DNA of 64,000 bases from Flavobacteriales bacterium UBA6049 (GTDB taxonomy: Bacteria; Bacteroidota; Bacteroidia; Flavobacteriales_G; Salibacteraceae): assembly GCA_002429085.1 (NCBI GenBank), contig DIYR01000215.1:2647-66646 (forward strand). The letters are read 5' to 3'. This document shows, piece by piece, positions 45,264 through 56,743 of this stretch. Each line of letters starts with the position of its first letter. Within the stretch, counting starts at the first letter, position 1. The notes beneath the pieces are model-generated. The model was not told the origin of the DNA. It did no database searches and saw nothing but the letters and a program-made list of their open reading frames with translations. Both the position numbers and the translations under genes were made by a program.

Positions 45264-46502
45264 TTATAAGCCTAATAGTACTTCTCCTGGATCTTTGCCT
45301 CCAAATACCATCTTTGCTGGATCTTCTAACATCTCTTTAATCTTATATAAGAAACTTACAGATTCCTTACCGTCAATAATGCGGTGATCGTAAGAAAGTG
45401 CGACATACATTACTGGTCTAATCTCAACCTGTCCGTTAACAGCTACAGGGCGCTCCACGATATTGTGCATACCCAAAATAGCACTTTGAGGAGGGTTGAT
45501 GATTGGTGTACTCAACATAGAACCAAATACACCACCATTAGTAATCGTAAAGGTTCCACCTGTCATCTCATCAATAGTCAACTTACCATCACGAGCCTTA
45601 ACAGCTAAACGCTTTATCTCAGCCTCAATCTCAGCTAAACTCATTTGTTCTGCATTTCTCAACACAGGAACCATTAGTCCTTTAGGAGATGAAACCGCAA
45701 TACCTACATCTGCATAATCATGATAAACTATTTCTTTACCATCAATCATTCCATTAACGGCTGGATATGCATTTAACGCTTCTGTAACCGCTTTTGTAAA
45801 GAATGACATAAATCCAAGATTTACATCATGCGTTTTCTTAAATACTTCTTTGTATTTCTTACGCAGATCCATTACTGGCTTCATATCTACTTCGTTGAAC
45901 GTAGTCAACATAGCAGTTTCGCTCTTCACGCTTACTAAACGTTCTGCAACTTTTCTACGAAGAGTAGACATCTTCTCTCTGCGTTGCTCTCGGCTTCCTC
46001 CCCAACCTGCCATAGGAGCAGCTTGAATTCCACCTGAGATATACGCTTCTACATCGCCCTTCATGATTCTTCCACCAGTACCGCTTCCAGCAACTTGTTT
46101 TGCTTGAATTTGGTTTTGGTTCATCATTTCTTTCGCCAATGGGCTTGCTTTAGCTGAATCGTTCCCTGCAGGAGCAGCAGCTTTTTCTTCTTTTGGTGCT
46201 TCTGCCTTAGCTGGAGCCACTGGCGCTTCATCTGCGGCCTCTGCTTTTGGCTTTGCTTCACCCTGTACGCTAGTGTCAATTTTAACAACTACTTGGCCTA
46301 CCTCTACAGTTTCGCCTTCTTCTACCAAAATTTCTATTTGGCCAGACTCTTCTGCTGTTAACTCAAGTGTTGCCTTATCCGAATCAATCTCAGCAATTGG
46401 TTGATCACGTTCCACGTAATCTCCCGTTTCTACTAACCACTCGGCAATCTCAACTTCTGTAATCGACTCTCCCGGACTCGGGATTTTCATATCTAATATC
46501 AT
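45264..46502 (-). CDS. sucB: Dihydrolipoyllysine-residue succinyltransferase (2-oxoglutarate dehydrogenase E2)
   Basis: Lipoyl domain ([11 protein letters not shown]), an Ala/Pro linker, and the catalytic DHRxxDG (SYDHRIIDG). Confidence 0.9.
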   Translation of the reverse strand: MILDMKIPSPGESITEVEIAEWLVETGDYVERDQPIAEIDSDKATLELTAEESGQIEILVEEGETVEVGQVVVKIDTSVQGEAKPKAEAADEAPVAPAKAEAPKEEKAAAPAGNDSAKASPLAKEMMNQNQIQAKQVAGSGTGGRIMKGDVEAYISGGIQAAPMAGWGGSREQRREKMSTLRRKVAERLVSVKSETAMLTTFNEVDMKPVMDLRKKYKEVFKKTHDVNLGFMSFFTKAVTEALNAYPAVNGMIDGKEIVYHDYADVGIAVSSPKGLMVPVLRNAEQMSLAEIEAEIKRLAVKARDGKLTIDEMTGGTFTITNGGVFGSMLSTPIINPPQSAILGMHNIVERPVAVNGQVEIRPVMYVALSYDHRIIDGKESVSFLYKIKEMLEDPAKMVFGGKDPGEVLLGL

Positions 46503-46515
46503 CGTTCAGGATATT

Positions 46516-49221
46516 TTAAGCTATATCAAACGCTTTTTTCAAAATCAATTCTTGTCTTTTCTTGAATACTTCACCTGATCCAGATGCTGGACTCGCACTT
46601 TCTGATCTGGCAATGTATTTCAAGTTTCTATCATATACTCTAAATAGGTATGTAAGAGCACCCATATTTTCTGGTTCTTCTTGCGCCCAAACAATCTCAG
46701 CATCTCCATAGTTCGCTAAAACTTTATCCAATGCATCTTGAGGGAATGGGTACAGCTGCTCTATTCTTACCAACGCAACCTCTTCAGTACCTAGTTCTTC
46801 TCTTCTAGCTTCTAAATCGTAATACAACTTACCGCTTGTTAAAACTACGCGTTTCACCTTTTTGGCATCTACCGTATCATCAATTACATACTGGAATGTT
46901 CCATTTGCCAGTTCATCAATGCTAGACACACACTTGGGATGCCTTAACAATGATTTAGGTGTAAATACGATTAATGGCTTTCTGAAGTTGCGCTTCATTT
47001 GCTTACGCAACATATGGTAATGATTGGCTGGTGTTGTACAATTTGCAATTTGCATATTGCCTTCTGCTGCCAACTGTAAGAATCTTTCTAAACGTGCACT
47101 TGAATGCTCTGCTCCTTGGCCTTCATAACCATGAGGCAATAGCATCACTAAACCATTCTGGTTTGTCCACTTATCCTCAGCTGCACTTAAGAACTGATCT
47201 AAGATAATTTGTGCTCCGTTGAAGAAATCTCCGAACTGAGCCTCCCAAATAACCAGTGAATTTGGAGATGCTAGTGCATAACCGTAATCGAACCCTAATA
47301 CTCCATACTCACTTAGTAATGAGTTATAGATATTGAATTCTGCTTGTTCCTCACCAATGTTCTGAAGTGGAACATATTTTTCTTCTGAGTCTTCTAGTGT
47401 TACAACCGCGTGACGATGTGAGAATGTTCCACGCTCAACATCTTGTCCAGAAATACGAACAGGATGTCCTTCATGTAACAACGTAGCATAAGCTAGCAAC
47501 TCACCCATAGCCCAGTCTAAGCGATCTTCCTCAATCATGCTCAAACGATCTTTGAACAAGCGAACAATCTTCTTGAAGAATGGCTTGTCCTCAGGCAATG
47601 AACTGATAGTTTTAGCAATAGAAGCTAATTCATCACGATTAAACTTAGTGTCATAAGCTGCTGTTAAATCACTTACTTCACCTTTTTGGTAATCAGACCA
47701 AGTATGGCTTAAGAAATCTGTGATATGTGCTTTATGAATAGTCTTCGATTCATCTAAACGCTCTTGGAGCAAGTCTTTAAATGAGGTCTCCAACTTTTTC
47801 AAGTCGTCTTTACTCACCACACCTTCACTTACCAAGTGATCAACATAAATGTTTCTTGGGTTCGGGTGCTTCGCGATGGTTTTGTACAATAAAGGCTGTG
47901 TGAAACGAGGTTCATCTCCTTCGTTGTGTCCATACTTACGGTAGCACAGTAAATCGATGTAAACGTCTTTGTTATATTTCTGACGGAACTCCAATGCTAT
48001 TTTCATGGTGTGTACCAACGCTTCAGCATCGTCACCATTTACATGGAATACAGGAGACAACGTCACCTTACTAATATCAGTACAATAGGTACTTGATCTA
48101 CCATCAACATAGTTTGTTGTAAAACCAATTTGATTATTGATCACAATATGAATGGTTCCTCCTGTACGGTAACCTTTCAATTGAGACATTTGAGCCGTTT
48201 CGTAAACAATTCCTTGTCCAGCGATAGCCGCATCTCCATGAATCAAAATAGGCAATACGTTATTCTCTTCTTCTAAGTAGCTATCTAGTTTGGCTCTACT
48301 GATACCCTGAACTACAGGATCTACTGCTTCTAAGTGAGATGGGTTTGGAGAAAGTGTTAAATGAACTTTCTTACCCGACTTCGTTACCACATCAGCAGAT
48401 GAACCCAAGTGATATTTCACATCACCATCAAATTCATCTTCTTCATATTCTTTACTCTGGAATTCAGAGAAAATTTGCTCATATGTTTTGTTGAAGATGT
48501 TCGCCAACACATTCAATCTTCCGCGGTGAGCCATACCAACCACAACTTCTTGAACGCCTAAATCAGCACCATATTCAACTAATAAATCTAATGCTGGAAT
48601 AATGGCTTCACCACCTTCTAGTGAGAATCGTTTTTGACCAACGAACTTCGTATGTAAGAAACTCTCAAAGACTACTGCCTCGTTCAATTTCTCTAAAATT
48701 CGAAGCTTCTCATCCTTTGTAAAGCTTGGTGTGTTTTTATTCTCTTCAACACGCTTAATCAACCAGTTTAGTTGAGAAGGCTTACGGTTGTACACGTATT
48801 CAACACCAATGCTATGACAATAGCTTTGATTTAAAAAGTTAACAATATCTCTTAGCGTTGCCGCTCCAATCCCCAATTCATTTCCCGCCTGGAATGTTGT
48901 ATCCAAATCGGCTTCAGATAACCCGAAATATTCTAACGAAATCGTATCGGTATACTGTCTTCTTATTCTTACTGGGTTGGTCTTTGTAAACAAATGACCT
49001 CGCGTACGGTAACCTGCAATTAGTTCCTGAACCTTGAACTCTTTTTCAAAGTTCTCTGGAATTGTTCCGTCTCCCTCTTCGTAAGATGTTTTTGAGAATT
49101 CAAACCCTTCGAAAAATTTTCTCCATCCGAAGTCTACGGATTCTGGGTCTGCTTTGTACTGTTTGTATAAATCTTCAACTGCGTTAACGTCTCCGTTGCC
49201 GAGATACGAGAATTTGTCCAT
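46516..49221 (-). CDS. sucA: 2-oxoglutarate dehydrogenase E1 component
   Basis: About 900 aa with the ThDP-binding GDAAIAGQG motif and conserved RGH and HGYEGQGAEHSS segments. Confidence 0.93.
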   Translation of the reverse strand: MDKFSYLGNGDVNAVEDLYKQYKADPESVDFGWRKFFEGFEFSKTSYEEGDGTIPENFEKEFKVQELIAGYRTRGHLFTKTNPVRIRRQYTDTISLEYFGLSEADLDTTFQAGNELGIGAATLRDIVNFLNQSYCHSIGVEYVYNRKPSQLNWLIKRVEENKNTPSFTKDEKLRILEKLNEAVVFESFLHTKFVGQKRFSLEGGEAIIPALDLLVEYGADLGVQEVVVGMAHRGRLNVLANIFNKTYEQIFSEFQSKEYEEDEFDGDVKYHLGSSADVVTKSGKKVHLTLSPNPSHLEAVDPVVQGISRAKLDSYLEEENNVLPILIHGDAAIAGQGIVYETAQMSQLKGYRTGGTIHIVINNQIGFTTNYVDGRSSTYCTDISKVTLSPVFHVNGDDAEALVHTMKIALEFRQKYNKDVYIDLLCYRKYGHNEGDEPRFTQPLLYKTIAKHPNPRNIYVDHLVSEGVVSKDDLKKLETSFKDLLQERLDESKTIHKAHITDFLSHTWSDYQKGEVSDLTAAYDTKFNRDELASIAKTISSLPEDKPFFKKIVRLFKDRLSMIEEDRLDWAMGELLAYATLLHEGHPVRISGQDVERGTFSHRHAVVTLEDSEEKYVPLQNIGEEQAEFNIYNSLLSEYGVLGFDYGYALASPNSLVIWEAQFGDFFNGAQIILDQFLSAAEDKWTNQNGLVMLLPHGYEGQGAEHSSARLERFLQLAAEGNMQIANCTTPANHYHMLRKQMKRNFRKPLIVFTPKSLLRHPKCVSSIDELANGTFQYVIDDTVDAKKVKRVVLTSGKLYYDLEARREELGTEEVALVRIEQLYPFPQDALDKVLANYGDAEIVWAQEEPENMGALTYLFRVYDRNLKYIARSESASPASGSGEVFKKRQELILKKAFDIA

Positions 49222-49246
49222 TCTTACTCAATGCTGTGAAAGGAAA

Positions 49247-49254
49247 CAAATTTA
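49247..49254 (-). promoter_or_regulatory. -7 promoter box TAAATTTG
   Basis: Perfect TAnnTTTG on the minus strand, 25 nt upstream of the sucA ATG. Confidence 0.45.
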
Positions 49255-49320
49255 AACTTTTATACACTCCTCATTCAGTGAATTTAGACTTTTAGTCTGT
49301 AAATTATTTCATTCGAAAAT

Positions 49321-49680
49321 CTACGTTTCACTAGCCCATTTCAATCGCCAATTTACTTTTTGTAATTCGCGTTCAATTATTAGCTTCAACAGAACATTTT
49401 CTGCATTCTCATCTGAATCAGATAATGCAATAGCCACCTGATTTTCAGACATGTCAACCCGATACAACACATTGCTTAAGCCATGCACATCTTGATTTAC
49501 AAAGACACGTAATTGGTTTAATAATTCTGTTAAAAATGCAGGAACATCTTCAGTTTGACCATCGATTGCATAACCTTGTAAAGCAAAATCCTTTTTGATT
49601 TGTTGCAATACCATCTGGATCAATTGCTCGTTCCATTGAACGGTTGGAAGCATGTCTTGAAAAGTGACAAGTTGATTCAT
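49321..49680 (-). CDS. Hypothetical protein (119 aa)
   Basis: A clean ORF with its own -7 box. I recognise no motif. Confidence 0.5.
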   Translation of the reverse strand: MNQLVTFQDMLPTVQWNEQLIQMVLQQIKKDFALQGYAIDGQTEDVPAFLTELLNQLRVFVNQDVHGLSNVLYRVDMSENQVAIALSDSDENAENVLLKLIIERELQKVNWRLKWASET

Positions 49681-49688
49681 ATCTAGAT

Positions 49689-49696
49689 CAAAAATA
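49689..49696 (-). promoter_or_regulatory. -7 promoter box TATTTTTG
   Basis: Perfect TAnnTTTG on the minus strand, 8 nt upstream of the ATG at 49680. Confidence 0.35.
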
Positions 49697-49703
49697 TGGC
49701 ATC

Positions 49704-50594
49704 ATGAAGGTTCTTATAACGGGCGGTAGTGGATTAGTTGGAAAACGACTCAGTGAAATTTTAGCGAAACAAGGTTGTGAAATTGGTTGGCTTTCTAGGT
49801 CGAAAAGATCAATCGATCAGATACGTGTTTTTCAATGGGATGTTCACGCTCAAACGATAGATCAAAAGGCAATTGAATGGGCAGATGGTATTATCCATTT
49901 AGCTGGAGCTGGAGTTGCGGATAAGCGATGGACAGAAGCTAGAAAAAAAGAAATTCTTGAAAGCCGTACACTTAGTACCCGCTTACTCAAAACAGCAATT
50001 GAAGCTGCTAACAATAAACCAACTGTTTTTGTAAGTGCAAGCGCCATTGGATTTTATGGATTTAAAACGAGCGATGCTTGGCTGACAGAAAGTAGCCCTG
50101 CAGGAAATGAGTTCTTAGCCAAAGTAACAGTAGACTGGGAAAAAGAAGTTCAAGAAATTGAGAAACTTGGAATTACTACTAGTTGGATTCGTGTAGGAAT
50201 AGTTTTGAGTAAAGAAGGTGGCGCTTTAGTTGAAATGACCAAACCACCTGTTGTTGCTCCACTTGGGTCTGGAAAACAATGGATGCCCTGGATACATATA
50301 GATGATTTGTGTTTACTCTTTGCTCATGCATTGAACAACAATCTCATAGGTGCATTAAATGGAGTTGCGCCCAACCCCACACTTCATCATGTATTTATGA
50401 AATCTCTTTCAAAAGCTGCTTCCAAAGTCTATTTACCAATTGGAGTTCCTGCATTTGCTTTGCGCATTGCAGTAGGTGAAATGGCTGGAATGCTAACTGA
50501 AGGAACTAGGGTTTCTGCAAAGCACACTCTTTCTACAGGATACACATTTCAATATCCTATGCTAGAAGATGCTTTGAACGAGATCTATCAATGA
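49704..50594 (+). CDS. NAD-dependent epimerase/dehydratase family protein (TIGR01777/YfcH-like, with a C-terminal DUF1731-type segment)
   Basis: The N-terminal ITGGSGLVG Rossmann motif, and a length and C-terminal pattern typical of YfcH-like proteins. Confidence 0.75.
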   Translation: MKVLITGGSGLVGKRLSEILAKQGCEIGWLSRSKRSIDQIRVFQWDVHAQTIDQKAIEWADGIIHLAGAGVADKRWTEARKKEILESRTLSTRLLKTAIEAANNKPTVFVSASAIGFYGFKTSDAWLTESSPAGNEFLAKVTVDWEKEVQEIEKLGITTSWIRVGIVLSKEGGALVEMTKPPVVAPLGSGKQWMPWIHIDDLCLLFAHALNNNLIGALNGVAPNPTLHHVFMKSLSKAASKVYLPIGVPAFALRIAVGEMAGMLTEGTRVSAKHTLSTGYTFQYPMLEDALNEIYQ

Positions 50595-51559
50595 TCTCGT
50601 TCCATTAACCAATTGGCAAACGTTTCAAAATTGGCCCTTTTGTCGCTTGGCATCATGCTACATTTAGCCAAAGATTCTAGCGAATCGCTGTAATATCGAT
50701 CCATTACTTCTTTCGCTTTTTCGCCAGCTCCAAGATGTGTGAAGAGTTCAGTAACTTCCTTTACTTTTTGCTGTGGTTGATCACTCGTATCTAACCACTT
50801 ATTTAATTCTAGTTGCTGATCTCCATGGGCTGTTTCAAGCGCATGAATCATCAATAATGTTTTCTTGTTGGCAAGGATATCACCACCAACCTGTTTCCCG
50901 AATTTTTCAGGATCTCCATATACATCTAACCAATCATCTTTGATCTGGAAAGCAATTCCAAGTTTTACCCCAAAATCATAGAGGTGTTGTTGATCTTGCT
51001 CTGGTGCACTACTTACAATAGCACCAAATTGAAGCGCTGCTCCTAATAAAACTGATGTTTTCAACCGAATCATCTCGATGTACTGATCTTGAGAGATCGC
51101 TGTAGACTCCTCAAAATTGACATCAAACTGCTGTCCTTCGCATACTTCTAAAGCTACTTTATTGAAGGCATTCATCAACGCTGCAATATGCTGTTGATCG
51201 CACTTTACGAGTTGCATGTAAGCTTGAATTAACATGGCATCTCCGGAGAGAATTGCTCGGTTGACATCCCACTTTTCGTGCACCGTTTCTTTACCTCTGC
51301 GCAATGGAGCATCATCCATAATATCATCATGCACCAAGGTAAAGTTGTGAAATATCTCAACACTCAGCGCCTGCGGAATGGCCTGTTTCCAATTGCCATA
51401 AGCATCAGCAGCTAGTAAAGTAAGAACAGGTCTTAAACGCTTACCTCCTAAGTTGAGAATGTACCGAATTGGTTCGTAAAGTTCGTTAGGTTGTTGTGGA
51501 TATGTTAAATCAGCTAACGATGATAAAATCGCCTCTTGAAAGGGCTTTATGTTGTTCAT
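50588..51559 (-). CDS. Short/medium-chain polyprenyl diphosphate synthase (FPP/GGPP synthase-like)
   Basis: Asp-rich motifs LVHDDIMDD and QIKDDWLD. Confidence 0.85.
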   Translation of the reverse strand: MNNIKPFQEAILSSLADLTYPQQPNELYEPIRYILNLGGKRLRPVLTLLAADAYGNWKQAIPQALSVEIFHNFTLVHDDIMDDAPLRRGKETVHEKWDVNRAILSGDAMLIQAYMQLVKCDQQHIAALMNAFNKVALEVCEGQQFDVNFEESTAISQDQYIEMIRLKTSVLLGAALQFGAIVSSAPEQDQQHLYDFGVKLGIAFQIKDDWLDVYGDPEKFGKQVGGDILANKKTLLMIHALETAHGDQQLELNKWLDTSDQPQQKVKEVTELFTHLGAGEKAKEVMDRYYSDSLESLAKCSMMPSDKRANFETFANWLMERDH

Positions 51560-52419
51560 TATTTAAGCAAGTTCAGTAAATAATTACCATAACCACTCTT
51601 AGTCAATGTTGTTGCAATTTTCTCTAATTGAGTGGCATCTATAAAGCCCATACGATAGGCAATCTCTTCAATACATCCAATCTTCAATCCTTGTCTTTCT
51701 TCAATTACTTGAACAAAAGACCCCGCTTGCATCAACGAAGCATGGGTTCCAGTATCTAACCAAGCGGTTCCTCTATCAAATACTTGCACGCTCAACTTTC
51801 CAGCATCTAAGTAATACTTGTTAACGTCTGTAATTTCATATTCACCTCGGGCACTTGGTTGGATATTTTTTGCCACCTCTACCACTGAATTATCGTAATA
51901 GTACAACCCTGGAACTGCATAGTTACTCTTAGGTTGTTGTGGCTTTTCTTCTATGGAAATAGCTTTATTACTTGAATCAAACTCTACCACACCATATCGC
52001 TCAGGATCAGAAACATGGTATGCAAATACTACTCCTCCTTCAGGATTAGTGCATGCTTGTAGTTTACGAGATAGTTTAGACGCATAGAATATGTTGTCTC
52101 CAAGAATGAGACATACAGAATCGTTTCCAATAAACTCTTCGCCTATTACAAAGGCTTGTGCCAATCCGTTTGGCACTTCCTGTACAGCATACGTAAACTC
52201 GCATCCTAGTGATTTACCATCACCTAGTAATCTTTCGAAATGTGGTAAATCATGCGGAGTAGAAATGATTAAGACTTCTCTAATACCACTCATCAAAAGA
52301 ACTGACAACGGGTAATAGATCATAGGTTTGTCGTAAACAGGCATTAACTGTTTACTCATGGCTAAGGTTAATGGATGTAGACGTGTTCCAGAACCTCCAG
52401 CTAAAATTATTCCTTTCAT
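51559..52419 (-). CDS. rfbA: Glucose-1-phosphate thymidylyltransferase
   Basis: [29 protein letters not shown] and LGDNIF are conserved RmlA motifs. Confidence 0.92.
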   Translation of the reverse strand: MKGIILAGGSGTRLHPLTLAMSKQLMPVYDKPMIYYPLSVLLMSGIREVLIISTPHDLPHFERLLGDGKSLGCEFTYAVQEVPNGLAQAFVIGEEFIGNDSVCLILGDNIFYASKLSRKLQACTNPEGGVVFAYHVSDPERYGVVEFDSSNKAISIEEKPQQPKSNYAVPGLYYYDNSVVEVAKNIQPSARGEYEITDVNKYYLDAGKLSVQVFDRGTAWLDTGTHASLMQAGSFVQVIEERQGLKIGCIEEIAYRMGFIDATQLEKIATTLTKSGYGNYLLNLLK

Positions 52420-54842
52420 AGCTTTTTGTTTGATGGAGAACTCTCCGTTATTTGGGGATCATCTTCACGAATAGTTAGAAAGTCGTAATCTATATCATCC
52501 TCTTCATCGAGCAATTGCGCAAAAGGCTCTTTAAATGATTTTTGGGTAACGGCTTTATCTAAGGTCATCAAGAAAGATGGTAACAACACTAAGTTAGCCA
52601 ACATGGCGATTAAAAGTGTAATTGATACCAAAATTCCGAGTGCTTGTGTTCCACCAAACTGAGAAGTTGAAAAAACACTGAATCCAAAGAATAATATTAT
52701 GGATGTGTAGATCATACTTACTCCTGTTTCGCGAACGCTTGTTAAAACCGCTTCTCTAATGTTCCAATTGCTGTCTATTAATTCTTGACGATACTTTGCT
52801 AGAAAGTGAATGGTATCATCTATTGAGATTCCGAATGCGATACTAAATACCAAAATGGTAGACGGTTTTAGTGCTATACCAAAGTAACCCATCATGGCTC
52901 CAGTAAAAATGAGGGGAATCAGGTTGGTGAAAATTGACATGGCTACCATTCGAATTGAGGTAAACAATAGTGCCATGATCACAGCAATAATTCCAATGGC
53001 TAACAACAAGCTGATGATCAAATTATTCACCAAGTAATTGGTTCCTTTTAAATAAACAATAGAGGTACCAGTAAACGAAACATCGTACTTATCTGCTGGA
53101 AATATCTCCTCAACTTTTGGTTTCAGATCTTGAATCAACGAATCCATTTGAATAGTTCCTACATCACGCATTTGGGTAGAAATACGTGTGTACTGTTCTG
53201 TTGAATCAATAAATGACCTCAACATATTCGCTCCTTTTTTACCTGACATATTATCTATGTAAGGCTTAAAGAAGACTTGCTCTTGCGAACTAATCAATTT
53301 GTATTGAGCTGGGTTACCACCATAATATGCTTGCCGAACAAATTTGATTCCATCTGCAATACTCAATGGTTTAGAGAACTCTGGGTATTCAGCTAATAAC
53401 TCTTCTACTCTTTCGATTCGCTTGAGTGTGCTACGCTTGCTTGCTTTACCTGGCTTTTTAGCATCTATGCTAATCTCAAATGGCATAACACCATCAAACT
53501 GATCTTCGAAGTAATGTAGGTCGGTTACAATTTGGCTGTCCTCAGGTAGGTCATCCACCAAGTTTCCGGTAGTAATAATTCTAGTGATTCCATAAATACC
53601 TACCACTACTAAAATACCTGCAACCCAATAAATCTTAGTACGATGACCACTCACTAAATTCTCTAAAATAGCTACTACTTTACCTACCCAGGTCACTTGC
53701 AAGTGACGCATGTGCTCGTCTTTTGGTGGTGGTAAATAGCTAAAAATGGTTGGCACTAAGAAGATGGATAATACAAACAGTACCACAATATTAATGGATG
53801 CTACTACCCCAAACTCAACTAGAATGGCGCTCTGCGTAAATACAAAGGCTAGGAATCCGATTGCTGTAGTAAGGTTGGTCATCAAAGTTGCTTTACCAAT
53901 CTTTTTGATGATGCGTGTTAAAGCCAATACTTTGTTTCGATGACGGTTATATTCTGCGTGGTACTTGTTGATTAAGTACACACTATTTGGAATTCCGATT
54001 ACGATAACTAGTGGAGGAATAATAGAAGTTAAGATTGTCATTTCGTAACCCAAAATGGCAATGATTCCCATACTCCAAACTACTCCCATAGCCACAATGA
54101 GCATGCTTACTAATACTGGTGGGGCACTTCTAAAAAACAATGTCAGAATAAGAATGGTTACTGCAATTGCCAGGACAATAAACATTTGTAGCTCACTCTT
54201 AATTAACCTAGTAGTACTTGCTCTAATGTATGGTAAACCACTGTAAACAAGATCTATCCCTGTATTTTCTTCAAACGATTCTGCCTCTGTTAACACAGCA
54301 TCAATTAACGGTTCACGAGCCGGAGAATCGAAAATGGGCACATTCAAACTAACGGCCATGAAGCTTACGCCATCATCGTTATAAATCTTGTCTTTGTAAA
54401 ATGGCATGCTGTGAATCAACGCACGCACACTATCTAGCTCTTGTTGGCTAGTTAGAGGTCTATCCACTACCGACTGCAATTTGAATTCCTTTTTATCAGA
54501 ATCTTTCACCACATTCAATAATCTATTTACTGCCACCACAGTATCTACACCATGAATTTGTTCTATCCGCTTAGAAAGAGCATACCATTCATTGAATAAC
54601 TCCAAGCTATCCAAAGGGTTTTCTTCTATTGCAAATAGAAATGCCATGGCCTCTTGACCATATCGATCTTTGAATGCTTCGTACTCAACAAGAGTAGAAT
54701 CGCTATCTGGAAGAAGTTTGGGTAATGTCCATTGCAGTTTGTTCTCGGTACTCTTGTATACCATGAACATGGTAAGCATGGCTAGTACCACTAAAATAAA
54801 TGTTCGTTGTCGAAGTATAAATCGAGCTAGTATCTCCCACAT
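52416..54842 (-). CDS. MMPL/RND superfamily transporter (two 6-TM bundles, two periplasmic domains)
   Basis: 808 aa with duplicated TM bundles and large loops after TM1 and TM7. It overlaps the rfbA start by 4 nt. Confidence 0.8.
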   Translation of the reverse strand: MWEILARFILRQRTFILVVLAMLTMFMVYKSTENKLQWTLPKLLPDSDSTLVEYEAFKDRYGQEAMAFLFAIEENPLDSLELFNEWYALSKRIEQIHGVDTVVAVNRLLNVVKDSDKKEFKLQSVVDRPLTSQQELDSVRALIHSMPFYKDKIYNDDGVSFMAVSLNVPIFDSPAREPLIDAVLTEAESFEENTGIDLVYSGLPYIRASTTRLIKSELQMFIVLAIAVTILILTLFFRSAPPVLVSMLIVAMGVVWSMGIIAILGYEMTILTSIIPPLVIVIGIPNSVYLINKYHAEYNRHRNKVLALTRIIKKIGKATLMTNLTTAIGFLAFVFTQSAILVEFGVVASINIVVLFVLSIFLVPTIFSYLPPPKDEHMRHLQVTWVGKVVAILENLVSGHRTKIYWVAGILVVVGIYGITRIITTGNLVDDLPEDSQIVTDLHYFEDQFDGVMPFEISIDAKKPGKASKRSTLKRIERVEELLAEYPEFSKPLSIADGIKFVRQAYYGGNPAQYKLISSQEQVFFKPYIDNMSGKKGANMLRSFIDSTEQYTRISTQMRDVGTIQMDSLIQDLKPKVEEIFPADKYDVSFTGTSIVYLKGTNYLVNNLIISLLLAIGIIAVIMALLFTSIRMVAMSIFTNLIPLIFTGAMMGYFGIALKPSTILVFSIAFGISIDDTIHFLAKYRQELIDSNWNIREAVLTSVRETGVSMIYTSIILFFGFSVFSTSQFGGTQALGILVSITLLIAMLANLVLLPSFLMTLDKAVTQKSFKEPFAQLLDEEDDIDYDFLTIREDDPQITESSPSNKKL

Positions 54843-54868
54843 AGACCTTTAAATCCGTATAAAGTTGA

Positions 54869-54876
54869 CAAAGGTA
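54869..54876 (-). promoter_or_regulatory. -7 promoter box TACCTTTG
   Basis: Perfect TAnnTTTG on the minus strand, 26 nt upstream of the MMPL ATG. Confidence 0.4.
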
Positions 54877-54973
54877 ACAGCCTCATTCAAGTAGTCACTA
54901 CTTTATGGTTGAACATAATGTACTGGAGGGAACTAAGTGCTGAAATATTTGTTAAAAGGGCTGTTGGAAAACC

Positions 54974-54981
54974 TATTTTTG
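54974..54981 (+). promoter_or_regulatory. -7 promoter box TATTTTTG
   Basis: Perfect TAnnTTTG, 4 nt upstream of the radical SAM ATG at 54986. Confidence 0.4.
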
Positions 54982-54985
54982 CGAC

Positions 54986-56008
54986 ATGCAGCCGCGCATT
55001 TATGATTCGTTGAATTACCTCTCAAAACTTACTCTTCCTAGAATTTGGAACGGATTTTTGGTGGTGTTCAGTTATTATCTTTCTCGAATTACGAAAAAGC
55101 CTACCATTTTAGGGAGACCTATTAGTATTTCTATTGAACCTACCACTACATGCAATTTGGGCTGCCCCGAATGCCCGAGTGGTTTACGCCAATTTTCTAG
55201 ACCCACTGGAAATTTGAAAGCCGATTTCTACGAAAAGGTAATCCAACAATTCAGCAAGTATACCAGTTACGTAATTTTCTATTTCCAAGGCGAACCTTAC
55301 ATTAATCCTAAGTTCTTAGAAATGGTGAAGTTGGCACATGCTAATAACATGTATACGGCTACTTCTACGAATGCACATTTTTTAAACCCCAAAAGTGCTG
55401 CTAAAACGGTTGAATCTGGATTAGACAGGTTGATTATATCTATTGATGGAACCACTCAAGATGTGTACGAACAATATCGCGTTCACGGAAAGATTGACAA
55501 AGTGATTGAGGGAACCAAAAATATCATCGCAGCTAAGAAAGAAGCGAACTCTAAAACTCCACATGTTATTTTTCAATATTTGGTTGTAAAACCTAATGAA
55601 CATCAAATTGAAGATGTTCAACGCTTAGCTGATGAATTAGGAGTAGATGAAGTGCGGTTTAAAACTGCTCAAGTATACGATTATAAGCATGGGAACCCCT
55701 TAATTCCTACCATTGAGAAATATGCCCGTTACCGTAAAATGGCAGATGGCACTTATCGCATTAAAAACAAGCTGTTGAACCACTGCTGGAAAATGTGGCA
55801 CTCTTGTGTAATTACTTGGGATGGTTTAGTGGTGCCTTGTTGTTTTGATAAAGATGCTACCCACCAATTGGGCGATTTAAAAGAGCATTCTTTTGATGAA
55901 GTTTGGAAATCTGATTCCTATCAAAATTTTAGAAGGGCACTATTGAAATCTCGAAATGAAATTGACATCTGCACCAATTGCACTGAAGGAACAAAGGTTT
56001 GGGCATAG
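54986..56008 (+). CDS. Radical SAM enzyme with a C-terminal SPASM-type Cys cluster
   Basis: CNLGCPEC (CxxxCxxC) after a hydrophobic N-terminal segment. The C-terminal Cys-rich region is CWKMWHSC...PCCFD...CTNC. Confidence 0.85.
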   Translation: MQPRIYDSLNYLSKLTLPRIWNGFLVVFSYYLSRITKKPTILGRPISISIEPTTTCNLGCPECPSGLRQFSRPTGNLKADFYEKVIQQFSKYTSYVIFYFQGEPYINPKFLEMVKLAHANNMYTATSTNAHFLNPKSAAKTVESGLDRLIISIDGTTQDVYEQYRVHGKIDKVIEGTKNIIAAKKEANSKTPHVIFQYLVVKPNEHQIEDVQRLADELGVDEVRFKTAQVYDYKHGNPLIPTIEKYARYRKMADGTYRIKNKLLNHCWKMWHSCVITWDGLVVPCCFDKDATHQLGDLKEHSFDEVWKSDSYQNFRRALLKSRNEIDICTNCTEGTKVWA

Positions 56009-56084
56009 TACTGCCTAAGAACCAATCTTTCGTTGAGTAGCTTAGTCAACAACAATCCATATCTTACAGCTAAGTTGTAGACTT

Positions 56085-56651
56085 ATGTTTTTAACAGATA
56101 CATACCTATCTAGGGAAGACTTATTTAAGTGGAGTGCAGATCTAGGGATTGAACTAAAGACAAAAAGTGCAAAAAAGGGAGAGGTTTTTCTATCTCAAGA
56201 CCAGCGATGCTATTACCTTTATTTCATTACCAAAGGGCTTATACGCTTGCATTATCAAAACATCGATGGACAAGATGTTACACACTGGTTTTCTTCTGAG
56301 AATATGATTATCACCTCGCCTTTCAGTTATTTTAAGAATGAAACAAACATTCTCAATTTCGAGGCATTAGAGGATTCTGAGTTCATTTTAATTACTAAAG
56401 AAAACTTAGATACGCTGCGAGAAAACAACAAAGAGGCAAACAAAGCATTTCAAGAACTTTTCACAGAGTTTGCCATGATCTTAAGTAGACGAGTAATGGA
56501 CATCCATACACAAACTGCAGAATACCGTTACCTAAAACTCCTTCAGAAACATCCGCTCATTTTCCAAAAAGCCAAACTAGGCCATATTGCATCTTACCTT
56601 GGAATTACTCAACAAAGCTTAAGCCGAATTAGAAAAAATTTAGTCCACTAG
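56085..56651 (+). CDS. Crp/Fnr family transcriptional regulator
   Basis: N-terminal cNMP-binding beta-roll pattern and a C-terminal HTH (HIASYLGITQQSLSRIRK). Confidence 0.8.
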   Translation: MFLTDTYLSREDLFKWSADLGIELKTKSAKKGEVFLSQDQRCYYLYFITKGLIRLHYQNIDGQDVTHWFSSENMIITSPFSYFKNETNILNFEALEDSEFILITKENLDTLRENNKEANKAFQELFTEFAMILSRRVMDIHTQTAEYRYLKLLQKHPLIFQKAKLGHIASYLGITQQSLSRIRKNLVH

Positions 56652-56655
56652 TCGA

Positions 56656-56673
56656 TTTTACCATAGGGTAAAA
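56656..56673. promoter_or_regulatory. 18-bp palindrome TTTTACC-atag-GGTAAAA (terminator-like hairpin or Crp-family operator)
   Basis: Perfect 7-bp arms, 5 nt after the crp-like stop codon and 70 nt upstream of the next gene. No U tract follows. Confidence 0.3.
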
Positions 56674-56743
56674 AATACCTCTCTTCCTATTCTGAACTTT
56701 GTTCTCAACAAAGCGGTAATCAACTGCAAGAGAACGAAGTACA

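Noticed and set aside
35645-51559. Two polyprenyl diphosphate synthase genes (35645-36619 and 50588-51559) as a recent duplication
   Set aside because: The sequences differ throughout apart from the universal DDxxD motifs. They fit the usual split between a long-chain (quinone) synthase and a short-chain FPP/GGPP synthase.
52416-56008. Interpreting the MMPL transporter plus radical SAM pair as hopanoid HpnN/HpnH homologues
   Set aside because: The N-terminus and Cys-motif context of the radical SAM protein do not match what I recall of HpnH. No squalene-hopene cyclase or other hpn gene is nearby. The analogy is kept only as a loose lipid-export idea.
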